Shown here: piece by piece, positions 42,583-51,834 of the stretch | Layout of the letters: each line of letters starts with the position of its first letter | Numbering within the stretch: position 1 is the first letter of the stretch | Source: Nitrospirota bacterium | Lineage (GTDB): Bacteria > Nitrospirota > UBA9217 | Assembly: GCA_963740085.1 (NCBI GenBank) | Contig: CAVUCU010000007.1 | Location: 32,001 to 96,000, forward strand | Length of the DNA: 64,000 nt | Reading direction: 5' to 3' | Translations under genes and position numbers: made by a program | Notes under the pieces: generated by a model | Database searches by the model: none | What the model was told of the DNA's origin: nothing | The model's input: only the letters and a program-made list of their open reading frames with translations

Positions 42583-43179
42583 TTACCCGTTCAGCAGTTT
42601 TACAACAGCCATGCCGTCATCATAAAAATCGATGATATTGAGACCGCCGAAGGCCTGTTCTATCCGAAAAATATTCAGCGGTTCCATGCCGAGCGTGTCG
42701 GCAAGGATGACCCTGTTCACGCCGCCGTGGAGGAGCATGGCGATCTCCTGCTCCCGATGGGACGCGACCAGCCGTTTGAACACCGGCAGGACCCGCGCGC
42801 TCACGTCGAGGAGACACTCTCCGCCGGGAGGGCGATAATGGAGCAGGTCTGCCCGCCACGCCGCGTATTGTTCGGGGAAGCGCGTTTTTATCTCTTCGGC
42901 CGTCAGGCCTTCCCATGCGCCTACGCTGCGTTCCCGGAGTTCGGGAAGGGGCGTGTACGATATGCCGAAACGGTCGGAGATGATTGCGGCGCCTCTGGTC
43001 GAACGGATGAGGTCGCTCGAATAGACGGCGGAGATCTTCTTGTCTTCAAGCAGCCCCGCCAGCCGGTGCATCTGTTCGATGCCCTTCTTCGTGATGTCGA
43101 TATCAATATGACCGTTGTACCGCTTCTCACCGTCGTTCGCCACTTCGCCGTGGCGCATGAGGTAAACCCGGGTAGGCAT
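42583..43179 (-). CDS. cobC: Alpha-ribazole phosphatase (histidine phosphatase)
   Basis: RHG, SSDL.R, LRE...G.WEG and HGG; in the cob operon. Confidence 0.85.
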   Translation of the reverse strand: MPTRVYLMRHGEVANDGEKRYNGHIDIDITKKGIEQMHRLAGLLEDKKISAVYSSDLIRSTRGAAIISDRFGISYTPLPELRERSVGAWEGLTAEEIKTRFPEQYAAWRADLLHYRPPGGECLLDVSARVLPVFKRLVASHREQEIAMLLHGGVNRVILADTLGMEPLNIFRIEQAFGGLNIIDFYDDGMAVVKLLNG

Positions 43180-43183
43180 TGCC

Positions 43184-43969
43184 CTAATTCCCACTCGATA
43201 AGATCACAAAGAGAAAGAGCACAAGCACCTCGTTCAATTCGCTCATTGCACCGATCGCGTCCCCGGTCACCCCGCCCAGCTTTCGAACAAGGTATCGCTT
43301 ACCGAGATAGGTAAGCAGCAGAACACCGCCGATCAGGGTAAAAAAAAGGATAACGGAATGTACATCCAGCCGCACCACCACGAATGCCGACAACCCGATG
43401 GCTACTGCGGATGTTGCGAGCACGCCGCTTGTTCTGAGATGTCCCACAAAGGCCTTGCCCATGCCGTGCTCACGGACGTACTCCGCATTGGACACCATGA
43501 GCGTCTGCGACCAGCGGGCCAGCACCGGCGCGACAAGCAGCGCGACGATCCTGTCAGTCTCAAAGAGATTGTTGAGACACAGATATTTCATGAACAGGAC
43601 GAAGACGATACCAAGCGCCCCGGCGGTCCCAAGCCTGCTGTCCTTCATGATGGCAAGCCGTGAGGAGTGGTCGCTTCCGCCCATCAGTCCGTCGAGCGTA
43701 TCGGCCAGTCCGTCGACATGGAGCGCCCGGGTGATGAACACGGAAATGATGACGAGAAGGAACGTGGCAACGGTCTGGGGCAGGGCGATCAGGGCAAAGA
43801 TCTTGTCCGCGTTGACCAGAAGAACCCCGATCAGAAAGCCGATAAACGGGAAATAGACCATGGACTTCGCCAGGTCCCCTTCCTCTACCTCATGATCCTT
43901 GCGTATGGTGAAAATGGTGAGAAATTGCAGCGCGGTAAGAAAGTTTTTAATCATCTTTTCATCCTGCAT
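43184..43969 (-). CDS. cobS: Adenosylcobinamide-GDP ribazoletransferase
   Basis: LHVDGLADTLDG, MKDSRLG and GGVTGD. Confidence 0.95.
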   Translation of the reverse strand: MQDEKMIKNFLTALQFLTIFTIRKDHEVEEGDLAKSMVYFPFIGFLIGVLLVNADKIFALIALPQTVATFLLVIISVFITRALHVDGLADTLDGLMGGSDHSSRLAIMKDSRLGTAGALGIVFVLFMKYLCLNNLFETDRIVALLVAPVLARWSQTLMVSNAEYVREHGMGKAFVGHLRTSGVLATSAVAIGLSAFVVVRLDVHSVILFFTLIGGVLLLTYLGKRYLVRKLGGVTGDAIGAMSELNEVLVLFLFVILSSGN

Positions 43970-44052
43970 CCGCTGCGGAAAACCATCCCGCTTGCCTCTC
44001 TGTTTTACTCCTTACGCTTGAGACTTACTCCTGTCTCCTGATTGCCATTTCC

Positions 44053-45120
44053 TCACGCCTTCACCCCTTCGGCCTTCTCTGCCACACCTGCATCCGCAAA
44101 GGTCGACATCTCACCAAGTATCTTCACACCTGCTTCAACGAGGGACATGCCGAGGGCGGCGCCGGTTCCTTCTCCGAGCCGAAGGTTCAGGTCCAGAAGC
44201 GGGACCTGTTCGAGGTGTTCGAGCATCTTCCTGTGGCCGATCTCCACCGACTGATGCGCGGCAATAAGGCAGCCTGTGACCAGAGGATTCATTTCCGCCG
44301 CAATAAGCGCGCCCGCGGTCGAGATAAATCCGTCGATAACAACAGGGATCCGGTACAGCGCGGCCCCAAGCACGAGGCCCGTGATTCCGGCGATTTCAAA
44401 CCCTCCGACCTTGGCGAGCACGTCAAGGGCGTCCTTGGGATCCGGGTTATTCACGGAGATCGCCTTTCTGATAACAGCGATCTTGTTCTGCAAAGAACGG
44501 TCGTCAATACCCGTACCGCGGCCGGTAACTGTACCCGGGTCCGCGCCGGTGATGACGGCGACTATCGCCGAAGACGGCGTCGTGTTCCCGATGCCCATGT
44601 CCCCGGTTCCCAGAAGGTCGAGGCCATCTTTATATTTTTCCACCAGTTCTATCCCGTTCAGCACGGCCCGCTCGGCCTCGTCGCGAGTCATGGCCGGGCC
44701 TTTGGTCATATTCCGGGTGCCGCGGCGTATCTTCCTGATCTCAAGTCCTTCCATCGGCTCGAAATCGTAATCAACGCCCATGTCAACCACGATAACCCTC
44801 GCGCCCACATGCTTTGCAAGCACGTTCACCCCGGCGCCGCCGCGGATGAAGTTCAAAACCATCTGGGGCGTTACTTCTTTGGGAAATGCGCTGACACCCT
44901 CTTCGGTCACTCCGTGATCGCCGGCAAAGGTGAAAATGATCTTGTTACGGATCGTCGGCTTGTCTTTGCCCGTGATAAGACAATATTTTTTGGCGAGTTC
45001 CTCAAGCCGCCCGAGGCTCCCCTGCGGTTTCGTCAGATTATCGAGCTGTGCCTGGACCGCATTGCTGCGCGATACGTCGACAGGCTTAATGCCGTTTATG
45101 ACTTCCTGGAGTTTGCTCAC
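44053..45120 (-). CDS. cobT: Nicotinate-nucleotide:DMB phosphoribosyltransferase
   Basis: [21 protein letters not shown] and RLGEGTGA. Confidence 0.96.
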   Translation of the reverse strand: MSKLQEVINGIKPVDVSRSNAVQAQLDNLTKPQGSLGRLEELAKKYCLITGKDKPTIRNKIIFTFAGDHGVTEEGVSAFPKEVTPQMVLNFIRGGAGVNVLAKHVGARVIVVDMGVDYDFEPMEGLEIRKIRRGTRNMTKGPAMTRDEAERAVLNGIELVEKYKDGLDLLGTGDMGIGNTTPSSAIVAVITGADPGTVTGRGTGIDDRSLQNKIAVIRKAISVNNPDPKDALDVLAKVGGFEIAGITGLVLGAALYRIPVVIDGFISTAGALIAAEMNPLVTGCLIAAHQSVEIGHRKMLEHLEQVPLLDLNLRLGEGTGAALGMSLVEAGVKILGEMSTFADAGVAEKAEGVKA

Positions 45121-45347
45121 TTTGTTCTCCTTTTAAGCAAAAAAAATATTATGGGGCAAGGGGCATTTCTTTCATAACCTTCGGCAATATAAGCAGGGAT
45201 AGAAACAACAGCACGTTGTATTTGTGATATCAATCCATACGTTTCAGCCTTCGGGAATATCTTTGTAAGCCGATAAATCTCCAAGGTTAGTTCATATGCC
45301 ATTTGCCAAACAGTAAGTTGCCTAAATCCCTTTGTTTCTTTTTCCAT
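45117..45347 (-). pseudogene. Truncated four-helix-bundle (23S-IVS/Avd-like) protein flanked by inverted 7-mer repeats
   Basis: F..L.VWQ.A..L...IY..T..FP..E.YGL.SQ..RA..SIP..IAEG..R, then cut off; AT-rich. Confidence 0.85.
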
Positions 45348-45386
45348 GACCCATGACCCCTGCCCCCGCCGCTTGCCCCTGACCCA

Positions 45387-45908
45387 TTATTTGATCTTCA
45401 CCGGTATTCCCGCCGCAGTGAAATATACCTCATGTGCCGCCAGTGCCACCCGCTGGTTCAGGATCCCGGCAAAATCCCGAAATCTCCTCGCAAGCGGATT
45501 ATCCGGCACGATGCCGAGCCCCACTTCGTTGGACACAATGATGCATGCGCCGTCAAACTTTTCTATCGCCGCCACCAGATCTTCGGTCCTGGAGGTCACT
45601 GCGCCGTCACCCTCCGTATGGGCCATGACGTTGCTCAGCCAGAGGGTGAGGCAATCGAGGAGCACCACGTCATAGCGGCCGGAGAGCCTCTTGAGCAGTT
45701 GAGCCACCGCGATCGGCTCCTCATAGGTGTCCCATGCAGTGCCCCGGTCTTTTCTGTGTTTCTGGATCCTCGCCGCCATCTCGGGGTCGAGCGCCTGCGC
45801 TGTGGCGAGGTACGCCCGCTTACCCCCCAGTTCGCCGGCCAGTTTCTCGGCAAACGCCGACTTCCCGGACCGTGCCCCGCCGGTAATGAAGTATATTTTA
45901 TGAGACAT
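45387..45908 (-). CDS. cobU: Adenosylcobinamide kinase/guanylyltransferase
   Basis: GGARSGKS, DCLTLWLSN and VSNEVG.G. Confidence 0.96.
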   Translation of the reverse strand: MSHKIYFITGGARSGKSAFAEKLAGELGGKRAYLATAQALDPEMAARIQKHRKDRGTAWDTYEEPIAVAQLLKRLSGRYDVVLLDCLTLWLSNVMAHTEGDGAVTSRTEDLVAAIEKFDGACIIVSNEVGLGIVPDNPLARRFRDFAGILNQRVALAAHEVYFTAAGIPVKIK

Positions 45909-45927
45909 GACAAGGCATCATTCGCAG

Positions 45928-45959
45928 AAAAAAACCCCGCCTGTTCCTTCAGGAGGGGT
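45928..45959 (-). terminator. Intrinsic terminator directly upstream of cobU
   Basis: CCCCTCCTG-aaggaa-CAGGCGGGG-TTTTTTT. Confidence 0.75.
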
Positions 45960-46083
45960 GAACATTCAGACTGACACGTGACAGCTCGTCAGATCGCAAA
46001 CAAAATTCCGTTACTCCTTCAAAAGCCTTTTTGTCCGTCGCCTGCCAGTCTGTCTCAGTAAATCTGTCTTCGTAATGCATGTA

Positions 46084-46126
46084 TGGACCGGGCGACGGGA
46101 TTCGAACCCGCTTTGACTCAACCCGG
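46084..46126 (-). ncRNA. tRNA-like minihelix (acceptor stem + T-arm + CCA), or displaced tRNA-Gly 3' att fragment
   Basis: CCGGGTT-gagtcaaa-GCGGGTTCGAATCCCGT-CGCCCGG-T-CCA; 27/28 identical to the tRNA-Gly 3' end. Confidence 0.65.
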
Positions 46127-46131
46127 AAGTG

Positions 46132-46160
46132 ATTATAATTCAAGTGTTACATCTTGTCAA
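46132..46160 (-). promoter_or_regulatory. Consensus sigma70 promoter
   Basis: TTGACA-17-TATAAT, with the -10 box ending ~5 nt before the minihelix. Confidence 0.8.
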
Positions 46161-46529
46161 TAGCGTAAAAAGTGCTTTACTTTTCCTTTACACATTCAAG
46201 TTGGCGATTAGATTCTCACCCCCTTGCAAATTACTTCAGTCCGTCTATACTCTACCCCATCACTAGCACAATCGAGGAAAGAACACCCCCACATGACCCT
46301 CTCCCTATTCGGTTTACCAATAGACATCCTCGGCGTTCCCAGCTACGATTTCACACCCCGTACCTTCTCATAGTAAACTGTCCTTCAAAAGCCTATATAT
46401 CAGATGGAACCGTACCCCACCAAAAGCAAACCATTTATAATGGTCTTGACATATTTTAGATGGAATGTTACAATATTTCATAACTGATGGCTATCATGGT
46501 TTCTGCTGAGAGGAGAGAGGAGATAGGAA

Positions 46530-46784
46530 ATGAAGGATGGATTAGATTTGCAAATCAATCAGTCACAAGATACTTCAGCAACTGTGAATTTTGCTGCCTT
46601 TATTCCCCGATTGTGGATGATAATGATTGTTTTTGCCATTCCCTTTTTGATTATCACTTGGCACTTTTTTGAAGCGTTAGAAAGACGTGGAGACACTTGG
46701 GCTTTTATTGCAGATATGCTTCTGCCAGCAACCAACATAGCTTTCGTGGCGTTGATATTTATGTTAAAAAGTAAAAAGATTTAA
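46530..46784 (+). CDS. Small two-TM hypothetical protein in an AT-rich island
   Basis: Purine-rich RBS, TTGACA-17-TACAAT promoter at ~46446 and two hydrophobic segments. Confidence 0.55.
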   Translation: MKDGLDLQINQSQDTSATVNFAAFIPRLWMIMIVFAIPFLIITWHFFEALERRGDTWAFIADMLLPATNIAFVALIFMLKSKKI

Positions 46785-46893
46785 TTTTTCATGAAAAAAG
46801 ATAGCAACAGAAGGATGTTGCATATTAGGTAAATCATCAAAACAAGGAAACCATATGTAGAAGTAACAATCAAATATTCCGCTGTTAAGAACT

Positions 46894-46980
46894 ACGTAAT
46901 TTCGGCAAACCCGGTGAAAATCGGTGACGCAAAGCTATAGGGGCTTCGATTAATAACCATGCCAGCCAGCTGTAATTACG
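46894..46980 (+). promoter_or_regulatory. c-di-GMP-I (GEMM-I) riboswitch
   Basis: GGCAAACC-CGGT-GAAA-ATCG-GTGACGCAAAGCTATAGGG...ATGCCAGCCAGCTG matches the GEMM-I consensus. Confidence 0.85.
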
Positions 46981-47095
46981 GGCATCTAGGAACGGATGCG
47001 GCTAAGAGGGTAGTAGATGGGTAATTTAGGTACGTTACAGATACTTTACACTCGGCTGAAACGTTATAATTTGCCTAATGAATTCATGTAAATAA

Positions 47096-47171
47096 TGGAG
47101 CGGGCGACGGGATTCGAACCCGCGACACCAAGCTTGGGAAGCTTGTACTCTACCAACTGAGCTACGCCCGC
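47096..47171 (-). tRNA. tRNA-Gly(CCC)
   Basis: 76-nt cloverleaf GCGGGCGTAGCTCAGTTGGTAGAG...CTTCCCAAG...GGTTCGAATCCC...CCA; TTGACA-17-TATAAT promoter upstream. Confidence 0.97.
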
Positions 47172-47248
47172 TTTTCCGAAAATCATTATAGCGGCCGGCC
47201 TCTGTGTTGTCAATCAAAAACCCCGACGTCGCGTGCGACGCCGTTGCA

Positions 47249-47731
47249 TTACAGGTAAGCCTTGATGTCCTTTTCCAGCTCCTCGTCGCTGCCCATACCG
47301 AGATACCGCTTCGATATCTTGCCTTCTTTATCCAGCACCAGCATCATGGGGATCGAGCGCACCTGGTATTTTTTGGCGACATCCTCGGTGCCCTTCAGTA
47401 TGGTATAGGTAATTCCGCTTTCCTTTATAAACGACTGTACCTCATCCCATCCGCCCTCGTCCATTGACACCGCGAGCAGCACCAGCCCCTTGTCCTTGTA
47501 TGCCTTATGCAGCTTCTCAAGACCCGGCACGGATGCGCGGCACGGCGGGCACCAGGTGGCCCAGAACTCGAGCAGCACAACCTTGCCTTTGTAATCCGAC
47601 AGTTTAATGGTCTTCCCGCTCATGTCCTGGAGCGAAAAATCAGAGGCCATGGTGTCCAGATGTGCGCCTTTGTCAGTGCAGCCGGCCAGCAACGCCATCG
47701 CGATGATTGATAGAACAACGAATCTCTTCAC
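47249..47731 (-). CDS. TlpA/ResA-family thiol-disulfide reductase lipoprotein
   Basis: LLAGC lipobox and FWATWCPPC. Confidence 0.92.
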   Translation of the reverse strand: MKRFVVLSIIAMALLAGCTDKGAHLDTMASDFSLQDMSGKTIKLSDYKGKVVLLEFWATWCPPCRASVPGLEKLHKAYKDKGLVLLAVSMDEGGWDEVQSFIKESGITYTILKGTEDVAKKYQVRSIPMMLVLDKEGKISKRYLGMGSDEELEKDIKAYL

Positions 47732-47850
47732 AGAAGCATCTCCTTCTCAAACAACCGATAAAACAAAAACTGCCCGCCAAAGCGGGCTGTCGATCCGACG
47801 ACTTGCATTCGAACCCAACATACCGGTGTCCAGCCATGCAGGAAAGACAA

Positions 47851-48174
47851 TTATTTCGATAGTAGTGTGTCCACCTTGGTCTTAAGCTGGGCCTTGGGCA
47901 CAGCACCGACCACCTGATCCACGGTCTGACCGCCCTTAAAGAACATGAGCGTCGGAATGCCCATGATGCGGTACTTGCCGGCTATGTCGGGATTCTCGTC
48001 CGTATTCAGTTTAACGACCTTGAGCTTGCCCGTGTAATCCTTCGCGATCTCGTCAACAATCGGTGCAACCATCCTGCAGGGCCCGCACCAGACCGCCCAG
48101 AAGTCCACCAGTACAAGACCTGGCGCTTTCAATACTTCCTGCTCCCATGTCGCACTCGTCACCGCTTCAGCCAT
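47851..48174 (-). CDS. trxA: Thioredoxin
   Basis: WCGPC and GIPTL. Confidence 0.96.
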   Translation of the reverse strand: MAEAVTSATWEQEVLKAPGLVLVDFWAVWCGPCRMVAPIVDEIAKDYTGKLKVVKLNTDENPDIAGKYRIMGIPTLMFFKGGQTVDQVVGAVPKAQLKTKVDTLLSK

Positions 48175-48191
48175 TGTAATCCTCCTCTTGA

Positions 48192-48386
48192 TTAAGCCTT
48201 TGCGACCGTTATGGATAGAACCTTCTTGATCGCTCCTTCGGGGCAGACGCGCGGACAAGCCCCGCAATCAATACATTCAAACGTAATGACCGCGTGCCCG
48301 TTTTGCATCTTGATCGCCTCGGTAGGACACACATCCAGACAGGTACCGCATCCGGTGCACTTATTTTCTGTAATTTGATACTGCAT
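48192..48386 (-). CDS. 2x[4Fe-4S] ferredoxin
   Basis: [12 protein letters not shown] and [12 protein letters not shown]. Confidence 0.92.
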   Translation of the reverse strand: MQYQITENKCTGCGTCLDVCPTEAIKMQNGHAVITFECIDCGACPRVCPEGAIKKVLSITVAKA

Positions 48387-48687
48387 ATAACATATAACAA
48401 CTGTTTGCAATAATAAACCTTGCGATAGTCATTGTCAATAAATTTTACCTGTCCCGTAAATACATACTATCGCAGGCAGCGCTAAAAACCTGTTATAGTT
48501 TCGCCTCGTGATGGAGTAATTATGTTAAATTCTTCTTAAAAGAGCAAGAAGATCCAGAAACTATTTTGCCCCGTATTAAACCGGCGACATGGAACTACCC
48601 TGATTCAATTTATAGGTCCGGCTTATCCGGCCCAGGGAATGCGAAATCATTGTCTATTTACGGGACTTGTGGCATAATCAAAACGAG

Positions 48688-51600
48688 ATGAAATGCATCA
48701 TTTTGCCATACGGGAACGTTGGTTGGGTGGAAAAGAACAGGCTCATGGAACAGGTTATCGCGTCCAGGCCGGGCCCGCCGTTTATCTATAATGATGTTCT
48801 GATCCTCGTGCCCTCTTCTCGCATGAAGCGAATATATGCCCGGATGTTCCTCGATATCGTTCATCGCAAAGGATCCTCCGCGCTCGTCCAACCCGAGATC
48901 CATACGCTCCATCACTTCTTCGAGAAGCTCTACTCCTCCCTCAACGGCCCGCGGCTCATGGACGAGAACGGCAGACTGGTCCTGCTCGAGGGCCTGGTCA
49001 AGAAGCGCCTCATCAGCAGTTCACTATTCAACCAGAGCCCGGATCTGCTCGCACCTTCTCTCTCAGCCGCGCTCGCCACGATGATCGAACAATTATCCGC
49101 GTCGGGAGTGGGTCCTGACGAACTGTCTCGAAAGATAAAAGACGCCGATTTTTTCGACAAACCCCAGGTCAAGCTGCTCGTTGAGGTCTACGAACGGTAT
49201 GCGGCCCTCCTGGAAAAACGCGGCCTGATCGACCCGGCTGGCATGCGCGCCTATCTGCGCGACCACTTCGAGCCCGCGTGGCTCGCGGGCTATTCCCGGA
49301 TCATCATTGATGGGATCCAGGACGCGGGCAGGCTTGAAGCGGACATTCTGCGCAGGATGATCGATCGCGGCAATTGCGTCTACCTGCTGGATGCCCCATC
49401 AACGGACCTGCTCAAGCGCGCCGGAGAATTCCATCCCCTCAGGCTGACGAAGGACTTCATCTCCGGCATCGGGATCATGCCGGAGGAAGAGAGCGCCGTC
49501 ATGAACAACGATGACCTGTTCCTTGCATCAACACTGTTCTCGGACCGGCCCTTTGCCGAGATAATGCAGAGCGCGCCCGCCCCATCGCTGTTCTCAAAGA
49601 CGATCAACCTGCTCTCAACGGTCAATACCCGGGAAGAAGTGTCGATGATCGCGGGAATGGTGAAGGACTCGTTACGGAACGGCGCCGCGCCGGACTCCGT
49701 TCTCGTGTCCTTTCCTGCGCTCGACGAATATGGTCCCCTCGTGGAGGAGATCTTCAACGATTACGGCATCCCGTTCAATCGCGCCCTCGGCAGGCAGATC
49801 AGCGCGTCGCCGGTCTCAACAGCGGTGATTTCGCTCCTCCGGTCCTGCCAGGAAGACTTCTCCGGCCCATCGTTGCTCAGGATATTCAGCTCTCCATTCC
49901 TGAAGTTCGGCGAGCATCCGGCCCTTGCGCCTGCCCTCGACCGGCTCATGCGGGACGAGAGAATATCCGGTGGTAAGGAGAAGCTGCTTTCCGCGCTTGC
50001 GCGTTTTCCCCCGGGAGATGAACGCAGGGGCATCCTCTCAGGACCGCTGACCGAACTTTTTATTGCCCTCGAACCCTTTGCGGAGAAAGCGGCGATAACC
50101 CTTTCGGTCTGGATGAAGCGTCTTTACGGCCTCATAGCCTGGTCGGGACTCGCGGAGCGGGTGGACAAAATTCACGGTCCCTTGAACATCAATCTTCAGG
50201 CATTCAGGAAATTGAGCGATACCCTCGACTCCCTCAATCGCGCTGGATTGCTCTTTCCGGAATATCCCCTTACGTTTAACGAATGGCTGTTCCTGCTCAA
50301 GAAGACCTTCATGCACGCCCGGTTCCAGGTGCCCCCTGAAGATGAAGGCGGCGTCCAGATACTTGGCCTCGAAGAAAGCATGGGCCATCCGTGGAAGGAG
50401 GTCTATATCGGCGGACTCGTTGACACCGCGTTTCCCCGGCGTTTGCCGCAGAACATCTTCCTGCCCGAACAGGCGCTCGAGACCATGGGCGTTCGCACGG
50501 TCGAAAAGGCGCGCCTGGCCGCGGCATACCATTTCTATCGTCTCCTGCTCTCCGCCGATGTCGTGACGCTGACCTGTCCCGAGAATGAAGGCGACCGGCC
50601 AATGGCGCGGTCGCCGTTCCTGGAAGAGCTGACACCGCTCATGAAAGCCGGCCTCCTGAATCGCGGTATCGAGAAGACCTCCGGCATCCAGTTCAGTCTG
50701 AAGATAGAAGAGAGCCGTGGCCTTCCCGAGCTGGCAAAAGCACTAAGCCTTTCAGTGAATGTGAAAGGCATCCAGGACGTCCTGAATGCAGGGATCGACG
50801 GCCTGTCCGGGATAAGGTCCGCGTTCGAGTTCAAACCAACGGGCTCGGCCCTGCCGGTCGTGCGGCGGCAGAAGCGCGCGTTCCGGGTCACGGAGCTGGA
50901 CGCCTATATCAACTGTCCTTATGACTACTACATCACCAGGGTCCTCGGCATTGAACCGCTCGAAGAGCTGTCCGAGGATATCTCTCCGATGGACCGCGGC
51001 AGCAAGGTCCATTCGATCCTGCGGAACTTCTACCTTTCATGGAACAGGTCCGTTACGCGGGATACCCGCGATGAGGCGCGGGCGCTCTTGCGAAAGCTCG
51101 CGGACTCCGCCTTTGATAAGGAGGCCGACACCTTCCGCAACAGACGTGACAAAGAGCTGTTCACCGGCGTGATGGCGGAACGGTTCCTCGATGCAGAGGA
51201 AGCTTTCTGGCGACAGGGAATGAAGCCGGCCTGTCTCGAAAAGAAGATCGAGCGATATCGCATTGTCCTTTCGAATGGCGAGGCGGTCGAGCTGTCGGCC
51301 AGGATAGACCGCATCGACATGGACGAAAACGGCAACTTCATCGTCGTGGATTACAAGACCGGCAGCTATCCTCCGCCGAAGATGGATCTGGAGCAGGACA
51401 TCTTCCAGCTCCCGGTCTACGCGGTTATGGCAATGCACGCATTGTCCGGTGAGGGAGGGTCACCATGCGCCGTAACCCTGCGAAAGCCCATCGGCGTGGC
51501 ATATTACGATCTCGCCGGGAAGACCGGGGGCGGGGCAAGGGATGTGGTGCTTTTTAACCGAGAAGCGCGCAACGACCACCCGATGGCAAAACCCAAGACG

Positions 51601-51768
51601 AGCCCCAAGAGCGAAGAGGAATTTGAGGCGATATTAAAACAGAGCATGGACAAGGCCCGCAAAGCGGTAGAAGGCATCCTCGCGGGCGATTTCTCAGCCA
51701 GACCGCGAGACGAGAACAAATGCCGGTATTGTCCGAACGAGATGATGTGCGAGAAAGAGGAATCGTAG
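48688..51768 (+). CDS. addB: AddB-like helicase/nuclease subunit
   Basis: C-terminal PD-(D/E)XK motif RIDRID...DYKTG; Fe-S staple CPY...CRYCP...C. Confidence 0.85.
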   Translation: MKCIILPYGNVGWVEKNRLMEQVIASRPGPPFIYNDVLILVPSSRMKRIYARMFLDIVHRKGSSALVQPEIHTLHHFFEKLYSSLNGPRLMDENGRLVLLEGLVKKRLISSSLFNQSPDLLAPSLSAALATMIEQLSASGVGPDELSRKIKDADFFDKPQVKLLVEVYERYAALLEKRGLIDPAGMRAYLRDHFEPAWLAGYSRIIIDGIQDAGRLEADILRRMIDRGNCVYLLDAPSTDLLKRAGEFHPLRLTKDFISGIGIMPEEESAVMNNDDLFLASTLFSDRPFAEIMQSAPAPSLFSKTINLLSTVNTREEVSMIAGMVKDSLRNGAAPDSVLVSFPALDEYGPLVEEIFNDYGIPFNRALGRQISASPVSTAVISLLRSCQEDFSGPSLLRIFSSPFLKFGEHPALAPALDRLMRDERISGGKEKLLSALARFPPGDERRGILSGPLTELFIALEPFAEKAAITLSVWMKRLYGLIAWSGLAERVDKIHGPLNINLQAFRKLSDTLDSLNRAGLLFPEYPLTFNEWLFLLKKTFMHARFQVPPEDEGGVQILGLEESMGHPWKEVYIGGLVDTAFPRRLPQNIFLPEQALETMGVRTVEKARLAAAYHFYRLLLSADVVTLTCPENEGDRPMARSPFLEELTPLMKAGLLNRGIEKTSGIQFSLKIEESRGLPELAKALSLSVNVKGIQDVLNAGIDGLSGIRSAFEFKPTGSALPVVRRQKRAFRVTELDAYINCPYDYYITRVLGIEPLEELSEDISPMDRGSKVHSILRNFYLSWNRSVTRDTRDEARALLRKLADSAFDKEADTFRNRRDKELFTGVMAERFLDAEEAFWRQGMKPACLEKKIERYRIVLSNGEAVELSARIDRIDMDENGNFIVVDYKTGSYPPPKMDLEQDIFQLPVYAVMAMHALSGEGGSPCAVTLRKPIGVAYYDLAGKTGGGARDVVLFNREARNDHPMAKPKTSPKSEEEFEAILKQSMDKARKAVEGILAGDFSARPRDENKCRYCPNEMMCEKEES

Positions 51769-51826
51769 GGCAGGCCCCGGTGACTGGCCGGATAATCATG
51801 AGGACAACCACGGGGGCCGCCCCGAC
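51765..51826. repeat. REP/REPIN-like GTAG palindrome between addB and addA
   Basis: GTAGGGCAGGCCCCGGTGACTGGCC ... GGACAACCACGGGGGCCGCCCCGAC. Confidence 0.55.
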
Positions 51827-51834
51827 AACAGAGT

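Noticed and set aside
45117-45347. Diversity-generating retroelement (Avd-like gene)
   Set aside because: No reverse transcriptase or TR/VR pair in the window, and the gene is truncated.
46084-46126. Full tRNA, tRNA-Sec or tmRNA
   Set aside because: No D or anticodon arm, no Ala identity elements and no recognisable tag reading frame.
45910-46130. Canonical cobalamin riboswitch upstream of cobU
   Set aside because: No GGGAA...GCCACTG or B12-box-like motif is seen on the minus strand.
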